Below, one piece after another: positions 50,181 through 59,680 of a stretch of DNA of 64,000 nt. A model generated the notes under the pieces. The model was not told where the DNA came from and ran no database searches. It saw nothing but the letters and a program-made list of their open reading frames with translations. Positions within the stretch are counted from its first letter, which is position 1; each line of letters begins with the position of its first letter. This stretch comes from Thermoplasmatota archaeon (GTDB lineage: Archaea > Thermoplasmatota > E2 > DHVEG-1): NCBI GenBank assembly GCA_038884455.1, contig JAWABU010000004.1, positions 906-64,905 of the forward strand. Reading direction: 5' to 3'. Made by a program: the position numbers and the translations under genes.

Positions 50181-52445
50181 GTGGATGGTATGCGTATCAG
50201 GAATCAACGGAAGACTTCTTTTTTCATAGTTATGATAAGTATTTTTTTTGTAGGTTCATATATGCAGGTTTCAACGGTTTCTGCGCAGCAGGATCAAAAA
50301 AATGTTATTTCTGCCCAGTTCGACATTCGTATGGTTTCAGGGACTGTATTTCATGTGAATGTGTCGATGGATGTTGAGAAGATTATTTTGACGTCAAGTA
50401 TTAGTTATACAAAAAGTGATATACAACTCTTAATTGCAAGTACTGAACGTGCAGATATTGAGATGGTTGGTGCATTGAAATTAAAGCTTCGAGATCTCCT
50501 CGAAGATCAGATACGGAACTCATTTTCTCAAGCGCGCATTACCGAGAACCGAGTGTTACCAATATATCAGAATGCTGTTTTTTATGATGAGTATACGGTT
50601 ACTTTGACACCCGAATTTTTTACCATGTCATCATCGTATGAAATTGCACCGTTAGTTGATGGTATTCTTGATATGGGTGGTGTTGTTACCTATTCTTTTT
50701 TACTGCACGCGGCATATGGTTGGAATAATACGTATACCTTTATCCTTCCAGAGTATCTTGGTTTGAAATTTTCAAACACTGCAAATGTGAACACCCAACA
50801 GAACCGTATCACGTGGATGGTATTGAACTGGAACAGTCAGCTGAAAACAGAGCAAGCGCAATTATCAATTACTGAAAAAAAACCAACAACATCTGCATCA
50901 TCTGAAGATATTGCTCTTGCGTTCTCATTAGATACCACACCCATAGTGACAAATCGGTTGCAGCTTGCAGTTGATATAAACGTTTTAAATATTCGAGACT
51001 ATGCAATTCTTCCCTCTTTTGTTAGTGATTTATCTGCTATTCCTGCTGATGGCGTTCGTCTTTTTGTAAAATATGGGTTGATGTCGTGGGATGCTCTTTA
51101 TGAAAAAACCGTGAAAGCGGTTGCACAAAGTACTATAGCTATGATTGAGATTTCACGGTTAAATCAAAGTCTTAATATGAGTTTTTCCTGGGATGATACG
51201 TCAGCTGCTAACTGTTCAACGCCGTTTAATAGTTCTCAGATGGATTCAAATCCTCCGGTTCGAGCAGAGTTTGTTGATGATGATGTTGATCTTCGTTTTT
51301 GCGGTATGTCGTCTCGCGCGTTCTTTGGGTTAATTAATGCCGGTGCTCGCGCGCAGGTCTCTGCCGATGATATTAATTTTGGTGATAAACTTAACAAACT
51401 TGATTATCGGTATGATGTCTACGTATATTTACCTGAGAAAATCTTTTTGAATGGATTCAATGTGTTTCATTGGAACAGCAGCAATCCGTTTTCAGGAAAA
51501 TTTACCTCTGAATATCAACCAAAATCATCTTATTCGCAAGAACAGATCTCTACGTATGTTGAGGTTGATATCAAAAAAATGGAACTGAATTTATTTAGCT
51601 TTTTCTCCGGGAAAACAGAGCTTACTGCAACTGCGCATATCAAAGAAGTTGAAAATATCTATGTCGGTAAACTTCCGAAAGAATTTTCACTGTCGAAAAA
51701 ATTGAATCTATCGTTTTTGAATTCAGATGCATATAGAATCTGTATCGAGGAAGGTGTTTTTACGCAGGATCAGATTGAATCATATCTTACGAATAAAACA
51801 GTGATGTTCCAGCGTCATCTCGCAAAAGTTCTTCGTGGATTATCGGTCGTTGGTATTGTTGATCGAACTGCTTTTCTTGATTCGTTACGTTGGGATAAAG
51901 ACATTATGGTTATGGATGCTCATGATCCTGTGGTTTTTTCTGCATATGCGGATCAGATTCTGCCGGTGAACATTACATTATCTATTGCACCACCAAGTAT
52001 TTCAATTTCTGAACAAACATTTTTGTTGTCGAGTCTAGGAAATCAAAATGTGACGTATCGTTTTATCTTTCCGCAGGGTATTGCTATTAAAACTGCAAAT
52101 AGCAGTCTTGTTTCAGCGGTTAAAGATCGATTGAGTACTGGTCAAGAATTTGTCGAGGTTTTTTTTATTGGCAGTAGTAGTGGAGATATTTCAGATGTTC
52201 TCAGCTGTGTTTTAGATCCTTCGCCGATTTTTGTACTCAGTCTTTTCTTACCTTGTATTTTAAGCTTTGTGCTGCTGATTATTCTTATTATTATTGTATA
52301 TTTAATCCGTCGGAAGCGGCGATTTGGTGCTGGCCCAACGATAAAAAAACCAAAAAAGAGTAAGAGAAAAGAGGCTGAGGAGGAAGCTACTGGATACGAA
52401 GGTGAGGATTTTTATATTCCACCCCCACCGCCCTCTTCTCGGTAA
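50181..52445 (+). CDS. Large exported protein with C-terminal TM anchor and Pro-rich cytoplasmic tail
   Basis: Signal peptide, many N-x-S/T sequons, C-terminal TM then RRKRR and YEGEDFYIPPPPP. Confidence 0.75.
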   Translation: MDGMRIRNQRKTSFFIVMISIFFVGSYMQVSTVSAQQDQKNVISAQFDIRMVSGTVFHVNVSMDVEKIILTSSISYTKSDIQLLIASTERADIEMVGALKLKLRDLLEDQIRNSFSQARITENRVLPIYQNAVFYDEYTVTLTPEFFTMSSSYEIAPLVDGILDMGGVVTYSFLLHAAYGWNNTYTFILPEYLGLKFSNTANVNTQQNRITWMVLNWNSQLKTEQAQLSITEKKPTTSASSEDIALAFSLDTTPIVTNRLQLAVDINVLNIRDYAILPSFVSDLSAIPADGVRLFVKYGLMSWDALYEKTVKAVAQSTIAMIEISRLNQSLNMSFSWDDTSAANCSTPFNSSQMDSNPPVRAEFVDDDVDLRFCGMSSRAFFGLINAGARAQVSADDINFGDKLNKLDYRYDVYVYLPEKIFLNGFNVFHWNSSNPFSGKFTSEYQPKSSYSQEQISTYVEVDIKKMELNLFSFFSGKTELTATAHIKEVENIYVGKLPKEFSLSKKLNLSFLNSDAYRICIEEGVFTQDQIESYLTNKTVMFQRHLAKVLRGLSVVGIVDRTAFLDSLRWDKDIMVMDAHDPVVFSAYADQILPVNITLSIAPPSISISEQTFLLSSLGNQNVTYRFIFPQGIAIKTANSSLVSAVKDRLSTGQEFVEVFFIGSSSGDISDVLSCVLDPSPIFVLSLFLPCILSFVLLIILIIIVYLIRRKRRFGAGPTIKKPKKSKRKEAEEEATGYEGEDFYIPPPPPSSR

Positions 52446-53642
52446 TCATTCTTTTTTCTTTGTGATGAGTGCGTGAGGAATATATTTCAAGAAGGTAGGT
52501 ATTTTTTTGAGCAGCGGAAGTGCTAGTTTTGAGGGATAATCAATATCTCCAAATTGATTGATGATCTCAATACTTTTTTGTGAAGATAGTTTTTGGCAGA
52601 TATTGTTGAGTTGCTGGTCGTTGAGTTTTTTGTAGATGTTTCGAAATCGCATGCCGATTGCTAATTCCTTTCCGATGTCGCGGGTCCATGTAGTGTGATA
52701 TTTTTTCAGAAATGCATCTGTGAAATCTTGGGTTTCGAGTGCCTCAGCTGCAACAGTTGCACATTGTGTAGCACAGAGCAATGCAGGGTAGATTCCTCCA
52801 CCTGATGTCGGTTTGACGTGACCTGCCGCATCTCCAACAAGCATGACGTTATCTGTTGTTGTTTTCGTGAGCGGGCCAAGTGGTATGATACCACCGATGC
52901 GATGTTCGATGTCTATGTCTTTGAGTTCTTGTTGTTTGAGGAGTTGATTGAAATAATAGGTGAGTGGTTGTGTTGTTGTTCTGGTGGTACACAGGCCGAT
53001 CCGTGCTTTTGTTCCGTCTTTGTTTATAGGTATAATCCAGGCAAAGAAACCTGGTGCAATGTGTTGTCCGATGAAGATATGAACAAAAGTAGGATCAAGT
53101 GATGTATTAGTTATCTCAGCGCCAACAGCATTGAGGGTTTCTTTTGGTTGAGGAAAAGAGAACATTGTTCGAACAAGTGACTGTGGTCCATCGGCACCGA
53201 TCAGTAGTTTTGTTGTAAACGTTCTTCGTTTTTTTTTATAACGTGTTGTTATAGTTAGTTGGCCATTTTTCTTTTCTATATTTGTGACCTTGTTTTCTAA
53301 AATAAGAGATGCACCATTTTTTTCTGCTGATGCTGCAAGGTATTCATCAAACACCGGGCGATTGATAACGAGTGCATGGCTGGTGTCGCCACCGATGGTA
53401 AAGGTTTCTCCTGATGGTGAATGGATGATCGCTCCGGAGATACTGTTTTGAATGATAGATGCTGGCAGGAGTGTTGTGTAGTTGAAAATGCGTGAGCTGA
53501 CCAGTCCTGCACAGCTGAGCGGGAGTCCAATTTTTTTGTGTTCTTCTAAAACAGCAATAGTATATCCTTTTTTTGCAAGGTTGTCTGCAACAGTTGCACC
53601 TGCTGGTCCACACCCGACAATAACTGCATCGTACGAGGTCAT
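52446..53642 (-). CDS. Geranylgeranyl reductase family flavoprotein
   Basis: GCGPAG, PLSCAG, GADG, FAWIIP and LVGDAAGHVKPTSGGGI. Confidence 0.92.
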   Translation of the reverse strand: MTSYDAVIVGCGPAGATVADNLAKKGYTIAVLEEHKKIGLPLSCAGLVSSRIFNYTTLLPASIIQNSISGAIIHSPSGETFTIGGDTSHALVINRPVFDEYLAASAEKNGASLILENKVTNIEKKNGQLTITTRYKKKRRTFTTKLLIGADGPQSLVRTMFSFPQPKETLNAVGAEITNTSLDPTFVHIFIGQHIAPGFFAWIIPINKDGTKARIGLCTTRTTTQPLTYYFNQLLKQQELKDIDIEHRIGGIIPLGPLTKTTTDNVMLVGDAAGHVKPTSGGGIYPALLCATQCATVAAEALETQDFTDAFLKKYHTTWTRDIGKELAIGMRFRNIYKKLNDQQLNNICQKLSSQKSIEIINQFGDIDYPSKLALPLLKKIPTFLKYIPHALITKKKE

Positions 53643-53698
53643 ACGAAACGTTGTATGTCACCAAAGATTTATAATAAAACCGGTGATACGGATGTCCT

Positions 53699-54040
53699 AT
53701 GATGTTGAGTATTTGGTTCTTGCAGTTCTGTCAGTTTTTTGGCAATTTTTTTTCATTTTCTAAAAAAGATAAAAAAGACCAACAGCAAATAAAAGTATCT
53801 GACAAGAAAAATCTGTTATGTCGTTTTGTCCTTGATAGTTCTGGGAAAAAAGTTGGGGAGACGGTTGCGGTTGTTGATGAAGATATTCTTATTATTAAAT
53901 CAGGTTGTCAGTTTCTTGGTGTTCCTTTGAAACATGTTGAGGAAAATGGAAAAACTATTTTAGTTAAAGGTTTGATTGATTATACGAAAGCCTGTGAGCT
54001 TGGGGAGACCTGGCGGGAAACCGCTACTCGTGATGCATGA
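53699..54040 (+). CDS. Small PRC-barrel-like hypothetical protein
   Basis: CRFVLDSSGKKVGETVAV...IIKSG..FLGVPL. Start codon uncertain. Confidence 0.6.
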   Translation: MMLSIWFLQFCQFFGNFFSFSKKDKKDQQQIKVSDKKNLLCRFVLDSSGKKVGETVAVVDEDILIIKSGCQFLGVPLKHVEENGKTILVKGLIDYTKACELGETWRETATRDA

Positions 54041-54048
54041 AGGTTTGT

Positions 54049-54426
54049 ATGAGCAAGGAAAACAGTATCGATTTTGAATATAAGATGGTTCTCATCTCTC
54101 GAAAAGATCTACCACTTTCACCGGGAAAGTTAGCTGTTCAGGTTGCTCATGCTGCTGTTGAATGTACGCTTCTTACAAAACAACATAAATCAGTATGGTT
54201 TTCAAAGTGGCATCGTGAAGGTGGAAAAAAAGTCGTTGTAAAAGTTGATTGTTTAGATGATTTTTTTAAATTAAAAAATGATGCAGAAAAATTAGGGATT
54301 GCAGCAGTGATTATTACTGATGCAGGGCTCACTGAAATCCCTGAGGGTACACAGACTGTTCTTGGTCTTGGTCCCGCTCCTGCGGCGTTACTCGACCGAA
54401 TTACAGGTTCGCTTTCGTTGTTATGA
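54049..54426 (+). CDS. pth2: Peptidyl-tRNA hydrolase Pth2
   Basis: KMV..RKDL..SPGKLAVQVAHA, KKVVVK and DAGLTEIP..TQTVLGLGP. Confidence 0.96.
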   Translation: MSKENSIDFEYKMVLISRKDLPLSPGKLAVQVAHAAVECTLLTKQHKSVWFSKWHREGGKKVVVKVDCLDDFFKLKNDAEKLGIAAVIITDAGLTEIPEGTQTVLGLGPAPAALLDRITGSLSLL

Positions 54427-54500
54427 ATCGGCAGTGTATATCTTTTCTTTGTGGAAAAAAACATTAACTACGACGCTGTTTATGGCGTGGAGTGTTGTTT

Positions 54501-55850
54501 ATGGAAAATCCTGTGTGTCCTCTTGAATATCGGTATGGTCGGAAAGAAGTAAAAGATATTTTTGGTGAGACAAGTAAACTTCAGTTTTATCTTGATGTGG
54601 AGGCCGCTCTTGCTCGTGCTCATGCTGCTGTTGGGAATATTCCGAAAAAAGCTGCTGATGAGATTTCGAGAAAAGCATCAGTAAAGTTTGTTACTGTTGA
54701 TCGAGTAAAACAAATTGAACAGGAAACCAGGCATGATTTGATGGCGGTTACAAAAGCACTCAGCGAGGTTTGTGAAGGGGACGCCGGGAATTATGTGCAT
54801 CTTGGAGCAACAAGTTATGATATTGTTGATACAGCAAATGCTCTTCAATTTTCCTTAGCGGCAGACTACCTCTCCAAAGAAGTAAAAGAACTGCGGCAAA
54901 CACTCGTCGGGCTTGCTCAGAAATATAAGAAGACGATTATGCTTGGTCGAACCCATGGTCAGTTTTCTATTCCTATTACGTTTGGTTTGAAGATGGCAGT
55001 CTATGCCATGGAAGTTGATCGTCATCTTGAACGTCTCCATGAATGTAAATCTCGGGTTTTAGTTGGTAAGATGTCTGGTGCGGTTGGTACTGGTGCAGCG
55101 ATGGGACCACATGTGTTAAAAATCCAGGAACTAGTCATGAAGGATTTGCGACTTGGGATTGAAGAAGCAGCAACGCAAATCGTTGGTAGAGATCGATATA
55201 TCGAACTGATCTCAGTTCTTGCAAATATCGCAGCAAGTATTGAAAAATTTGCCACAGAGATCAGGAATCTACAGCGGAGTGAGATTGGCGAGGTTTCAGA
55301 AGCATTTGAGTCAAAAAAGCAGGTTGGCTCCTCGACGATGCCGCAGAAACGTAATCCAATTGTTTGTGAGCAAATATGCGGTCTTGCTCGGGTAATTCGA
55401 AGTTTGATTATTCCTACCTATGAAAACGCACTGCAATGGCATGAACGTGATTTATGTAATTCATCCTCTGAGCGTTTTATTTTACCCCATGCATTGATAT
55501 TGACTGATTGGATTGTTTTTCAGATGAATAAAGTGTTTTCTGGTCTTCAGGTGTATCCTGAAAACATGGAGCGGAATATACAGCGATCTCTTGGTTTGCC
55601 GATGGCTGAAGCAGTGATGACAAAACTTGTTGAGAAAGGGCTTGGTCGAGGGCAGGCTCATGAAATCGTCCGTATGTGTTCACATAGAGCTTTTGAACAG
55701 CATCGTTCACTTCAAGAAATTTTATCGAAGGATCAGCAGGTTTCAACATTGTTGACTGACCGAGAGCTTGCAGAGGTACTTGATCCACAGCAGTATCTTG
55801 GTGTTAGTGAAGAGATTGTGGATCGTGTGGTGAAAAAACTTACCCGGTAA
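54501..55850 (+). CDS. purB: Adenylosuccinate lyase
   Basis: HDLMA, HLGATSYD, GRTHGQ, SGAVGT, GSSTMPQKRNP and WHERDL. Confidence 0.97.
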   Translation: MENPVCPLEYRYGRKEVKDIFGETSKLQFYLDVEAALARAHAAVGNIPKKAADEISRKASVKFVTVDRVKQIEQETRHDLMAVTKALSEVCEGDAGNYVHLGATSYDIVDTANALQFSLAADYLSKEVKELRQTLVGLAQKYKKTIMLGRTHGQFSIPITFGLKMAVYAMEVDRHLERLHECKSRVLVGKMSGAVGTGAAMGPHVLKIQELVMKDLRLGIEEAATQIVGRDRYIELISVLANIAASIEKFATEIRNLQRSEIGEVSEAFESKKQVGSSTMPQKRNPIVCEQICGLARVIRSLIIPTYENALQWHERDLCNSSSERFILPHALILTDWIVFQMNKVFSGLQVYPENMERNIQRSLGLPMAEAVMTKLVEKGLGRGQAHEIVRMCSHRAFEQHRSLQEILSKDQQVSTLLTDRELAEVLDPQQYLGVSEEIVDRVVKKLTR

Positions 55851-55868
55851 CAAAAGGAGATAGAAGAT

Positions 55869-56909
55869 ATGGATTCCTATGAATTGATTGTACGCAATGC
55901 TGTTGAGGTTGTTACCCATGATGAACTGCGTGGAGTATTGCAAAAAGATAGTCCAAAGATGTATATTGGTTTTGAACCGTCAGGTTCAGTTCATCTTGGT
56001 TGGATGATTTGCATTCAAAAAATGAAAGATTTTCTAAGCGCTGGATTTGAATGTATCATTTTGCTTGCTGATTGGCATGCGTATATTAATGATAAACTCG
56101 GTGGCAATCTTGAGAAAATTCAGCTCTGTGGAACGTATATGGAGCATTGTTTTGCTGCACTTGGTCTTGATACGTCAAAGATTCGTTTTGTATATGCTCA
56201 TGAGTATGTTGGTGATTCGAAATACTGGGAGTTAGTTTTGAAAACCGCGAAGGCAACGTCGGTTGCTCGGGTGAAGCGTGCGATGGATATCATGGGTCGA
56301 AAAGAGGAGGATATGGAGAAAGATTTGAGTAAGTTGTTGTATCCGGTTATGCAGGTTTCTGATATTTTTTATCTTGATGTCGATGTTGCATTTGGAGGTA
56401 TGGATCAACGTCATGCACACATGCTTGCTCGTGATGTTGCACGAAAGTTGAATCGAAAATCCCCGGTTGCTGTTCATACACCGCTTCTGAGTGGTTTGCA
56501 GGCTGGTAGTCGGATGGATCCTATTGAGTCGAAGATGAGTAAAAGTAAGCCTGATTCTATGATTTCGATTCATGATTCATCGGAGACTGTAAAACGAAAA
56601 TTAGGTAAAGCGTTTTGTCCGGAGAAGCAGGTTGAGGGTAACCCGGTTTTGGAGCTCTGCAAGTATGTTATTTTTCCTTGGTTAGATGGTGCTGTTTTTG
56701 TGATCGAACGTCCTGAGAAGTTTGGCGGTAATCTTGAGTTTGACAGGTATGATGCTTTAGAAAATGCGTTTCTGCAGGGGATTCATCCGTTGGATTTGAA
56801 AAATGCTGTTGCGACGTATATAACTCAGATGCTTGAACCGGTTCATAGGTATTTTCAACAGCATCAAGAGGTTCTTGAAAAGATGAGAAGTATTGGTATT
56901 ATTCAGTGA
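55869..56909 (+). CDS. tyrS: Tyrosyl-tRNA synthetase (archaeal type)
   Basis: YIGFEPSG.VHLG, LADWHA, YPVMQVSD, GGMDQRHAH and KMSKS. Confidence 0.96.
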   Translation: MDSYELIVRNAVEVVTHDELRGVLQKDSPKMYIGFEPSGSVHLGWMICIQKMKDFLSAGFECIILLADWHAYINDKLGGNLEKIQLCGTYMEHCFAALGLDTSKIRFVYAHEYVGDSKYWELVLKTAKATSVARVKRAMDIMGRKEEDMEKDLSKLLYPVMQVSDIFYLDVDVAFGGMDQRHAHMLARDVARKLNRKSPVAVHTPLLSGLQAGSRMDPIESKMSKSKPDSMISIHDSSETVKRKLGKAFCPEKQVEGNPVLELCKYVIFPWLDGAVFVIERPEKFGGNLEFDRYDALENAFLQGIHPLDLKNAVATYITQMLEPVHRYFQQHQEVLEKMRSIGIIQ

Positions 56910-57181
56910 ACCTCTTTGTTTGCCTGCGTTGTTTTTGGTGATTGTTCAACGATGTGGTCAATTATTTTTTTGGTTTGTCTGCGGATTTCTGCGATTTCTT
57001 TTGGGACGAATTGGTATTGTTTCATGACAACTTCTGAAGTGAAGATGAGTGTATGAAGAAAGATGGCTGGATTCCATTGTTCTTGTTCTGCTAGTTTGAA
57101 GACTTTATTGACGTTGTTGAGAACGTCCTGGGTTGTATAGCTTTGTGGTTGTTGGTTTTGATGTTCTGGGTTTTGGTTCAT
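56903..57181 (-). CDS. Small helical hypothetical protein
   Basis: Open ORF, co-oriented and downstream of the RHH pair. No family recognised. Confidence 0.6.
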   Translation of the reverse strand: MNQNPEHQNQQPQSYTTQDVLNNVNKVFKLAEQEQWNPAIFLHTLIFTSEVVMKQYQFVPKEIAEIRRQTKKIIDHIVEQSPKTTQANKEVH

Positions 57182-57352
57182 AGAATCACGCAGACCAGAG
57201 CAATCAACCATATTTAGGTCTTTCTGTGGAATAAAAGATTCTGAATGGTCGAACCATTTTTCACGTTATTTTTCTTCTAAATTTATATCACATATGATAC
57301 AATTTTTTGGTTTGTATTCTGCTCTGTGACCGAGTTTATATGATGGGTTGTG

Positions 57353-57826
57353 TTATCGGCGCTGGAATGTATTTTTCTTCAATATCAAGTTATCAATATC
57401 TTTATGAATATCTGGCGTCTGATCAATAATTTTTGGCATGGGAAGTTGCCGTGTCTGTTCGAGTGTCGAAAAGCGATAAATTTGTCCATGGAGGCGGGTC
57501 ATCTCACGATCAATTTGCTCTTGGAGTCTGAGATTTTGCTCTCTGAGTTCTTTGATCTCTTCTTTTAAATGAAGGATATAATCTTGGATAATAGGGTTTA
57601 CGTCTTCCTCCTGAACCATTTGGTTTACTTGCAGGTTTCCCTCTAACGACTGCTGGTTTACCCTGGTTGAGTGTACCTCTTGGTTTCCCACAGGGCATTT
57701 TATATCTTCAAGGTAATGCCAGAGTGCCTCTCTGAGAATTTCACTGTTGCTTTTTCCTTGTTTGTGAAGCTGGTCTATGATTCCTTCCTCTTGATGGGTT
57801 AGTTTCATCGCAATTGTTCTACCCAT
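57353..57826 (-). CDS. Ribbon-helix-helix (CopG-like) + coiled-coil protein (paralog B)
   Basis: RTIAMKLT.QEE..IDQL..QGKSNSEILREALWHYL, a linker with repeated VN(Q/P) and a heptad region, DYILHLKEEIKELREQNLRLQEQ. Confidence 0.75.
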   Translation of the reverse strand: MGRTIAMKLTHQEEGIIDQLHKQGKSNSEILREALWHYLEDIKCPVGNQEVHSTRVNQQSLEGNLQVNQMVQEEDVNPIIQDYILHLKEEIKELREQNLRLQEQIDREMTRLHGQIYRFSTLEQTRQLPMPKIIDQTPDIHKDIDNLILKKNTFQRR

Positions 57827-57964
57827 ATGCATTCCATCCTAGTTACAAAAGGTAAACATATTTCCGGCATATAAATGTTGATGTCTTGATTAGTTTTTGA
57901 TGTATTGATCACAATGATTTGACGAGTGTTAGGCTAAAAAGATCTTGCAGTATTCGTTTGTTTT

Positions 57965-58735
57965 CTACATACGATACATCTTGAATACCCACCCCTTTTT
58001 TGGTTTCTTTTGCTGATCTTTTGGTCCGGGGATGTTTGGTATGGTTGTTTCAACATGGGATTCAAGAGAGTGGTGTATCTGATGGTCGTGGATGCTTGGT
58101 TTTCGTGTTTCTTCAAGATAAAACATAATACGATCGAATTTATCATCGAGTCGTTTAATGGAATCTTTGACTTGTGTATAATACTCGGTCTGGAATGTAG
58201 TGTAGGTATCTCTGAGATATTGCTCTTGGGCAGTGTATCTCTTTTTCCACTCTTGAAGTTCTTCTTCGAGTTGTTTGGTGCGAAGTGATAATTCATTGAT
58301 ATATTGATTGAGATAGTCATGCGGTACGTTTATTGGTTGTTGGCCTGTGTGGTATACCGGTTTCTCCTCCTGTTGGTATACCACTTTCTCCTGATTTTGG
58401 TATACCGGTATACCAGGTTGGTATACCGTTTTCTCCTGATTTTGGTATACCGCTGTATCATTTTGGTATACCTTTTTCTCATTTTTCTCCTGTTGTTTTT
58501 GGTATACCGGTTGGTATACCGTTTTCTCCTGATTTTGGTATACCGGTATACCAGGTTGGTATACCGCTTCACCGATTTTCTCCTGTTGTTTTTGGTATAC
58601 CGGTTGGTATACCGAGCTAAAATAATTTATGAGTGCTTCGCGCATAAGTGTAGTCGGTGAAATGCCTTGTTTTAAAATGCGATTTACGATTTCTTCTTCT
58701 TCAGCAGTAAGTTTTAATGAGAGAACTTTTTTCAT
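57965..58735 (-). CDS. Ribbon-helix-helix + VYQ-repeat linker + coiled-coil protein with basic/aromatic C-terminus (paralog A)
   Basis: KVLSLKLT.EEE.IVNRI.KQGISPTTLMREALINYF, 12 VY(Q/H) repeats, a coiled coil and the tail KKPKKGWVFKMYRM. ATG 58735 lies behind GAGGG. Confidence 0.8.
   Translation of the reverse strand: MKKVLSLKLTAEEEEIVNRILKQGISPTTLMREALINYFSSVYQPVYQKQQEKIGEAVYQPGIPVYQNQEKTVYQPVYQKQQEKNEKKVYQNDTAVYQNQEKTVYQPGIPVYQNQEKVVYQQEEKPVYHTGQQPINVPHDYLNQYINELSLRTKQLEEELQEWKKRYTAQEQYLRDTYTTFQTEYYTQVKDSIKRLDDKFDRIMFYLEETRKPSIHDHQIHHSLESHVETTIPNIPGPKDQQKKPKKGWVFKMYRM
58351..58613. repeat. Array of 14 perfect GGTATACC palindromes inside a coding sequence
   Basis: Copies start at 58351, 58375, 58399, 58407, 58420, 58444, 58465, 58501, 58513, 58537, 58545, 58558, 58594 and 58606. 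The array includes exact duplications of 44 bp (58385/58523) and 39 bp (58483/58576). Confidence 0.95.
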
Positions 58736-58925
58736 ATTCTTTTTCCCTCGCGATTTTGGAAAGTACATGCAGAGAATTGACTCTGCAATCATCTGGTTTT
58801 TCGTCAAAATTCTTATTTTTTGAATTCTGAAGGTCTTACTTATAGTTTATTCCCTGTTGTCGGTACTTTTTTGATCACTTTCCGAGTACTCGAGAGGACC
58901 TAGAATAGAACAAGGAGTGAGATTT

Positions 58926-59138
58926 TTACTGCTGAACCATAAATATGAAGAGAGTTCCTAGGATCATAAGGAGAACGAAACATAGGGTAAATGGAATCTT
59001 GATAGTATATGTACAAAATGATCCAATAATTCCTGTAGTTATACCTCCAATCCAAAATAATGCTGCTGTTGGTTGTTGAGGATATATGATAACTGCTAAA
59101 AAAATGATGATGCCGATCCCAAACAGCACCTCATACAT
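58926..59138 (-). CDS. Small membrane protein (about 3 TM)
   Basis: 70 aa, hydrophobic. Confidence 0.55.
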   Translation of the reverse strand: MYEVLFGIGIIIFLAVIIYPQQPTAALFWIGGITTGIIGSFCTYTIKIPFTLCFVLLMILGTLFIFMVQQ

Positions 59139-59428
59139 ATGTTGTCATCATCCTTGGTTGATATCTCCTCATGGTATATCTTTCTTATTTATTGTATTTA
59201 TACATTTTGAAGCAAAATGTCACAAAGATATGTAAAATTTTTAAAGGAAAAATTGTACGTTTTTAGTTCGTCTTTACTTTGGTACTCGAGCTGAGGAGAT
59301 TGTTTATGAAGAGCAACGAGGTTCCCTGTTTCACCAACGCAGAAGTGCCGGGGGAAGTCGTATTCCAATATATTTATATATGAAATCAGTATATACGCAT
59401 ATAAACACGTTTTAATACGTGTTGATAG

Positions 59429-59680
59429 GTGAAAGATATGAAAAAAGCGCAAATCCTAGGTTTGATACTTCTTATAGCGGGGATACTCCTTGTAGCACTC
59501 TCTTCAATGTTTGAAAGTTTACAAAAACTGGATCTTTTGACGATACCCGTACTTATGCTCTTCGCAGGCACAATCATCATTATCGGAGTTATTGTACTAC
59601 TTTTATCAATTATTTTTGAACAAACACGTGATATGAACAAAAGAAAACAAGAGATCAAAAAGGAGGATTTTGAACCATGA
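59429..59680 (+). CDS. Small 2-TM membrane protein
   Basis: Two hydrophobic helices and a charged tail. ATGA overlap with the next gene. Confidence 0.65.
   Translation: MKDMKKAQILGLILLIAGILLVALSSMFESLQKLDLLTIPVLMLFAGTIIIIGVIVLLLSIIFEQTRDMNKRKQEIKKEDFEP

Noticed and set aside
58351..58613. CRISPR array interpretation of the GGTATACC repeats
   Set aside because: The repeat is only 8 bp, the spacing is irregular (8-36 bp), the intervening sequences are themselves duplicated, the array lies in frame within a gene, and there are no cas genes in the window.
58304..58660. Overlapping ORFs in other frames/strands (LVYR, RYT and GIP repeats)
   Set aside because: These are shadow frames created by the stop-free palindromic repeats. 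Only the minus-strand VYQ frame connects an RHH domain to a coiled coil and has an RBS.
58883..58892. 10-bp palindrome CGAGTACTCG upstream of the RHH gene
   Set aside because: It is a single copy with a different core from GGTATACC, and it is expected by chance in a 64-kb window.
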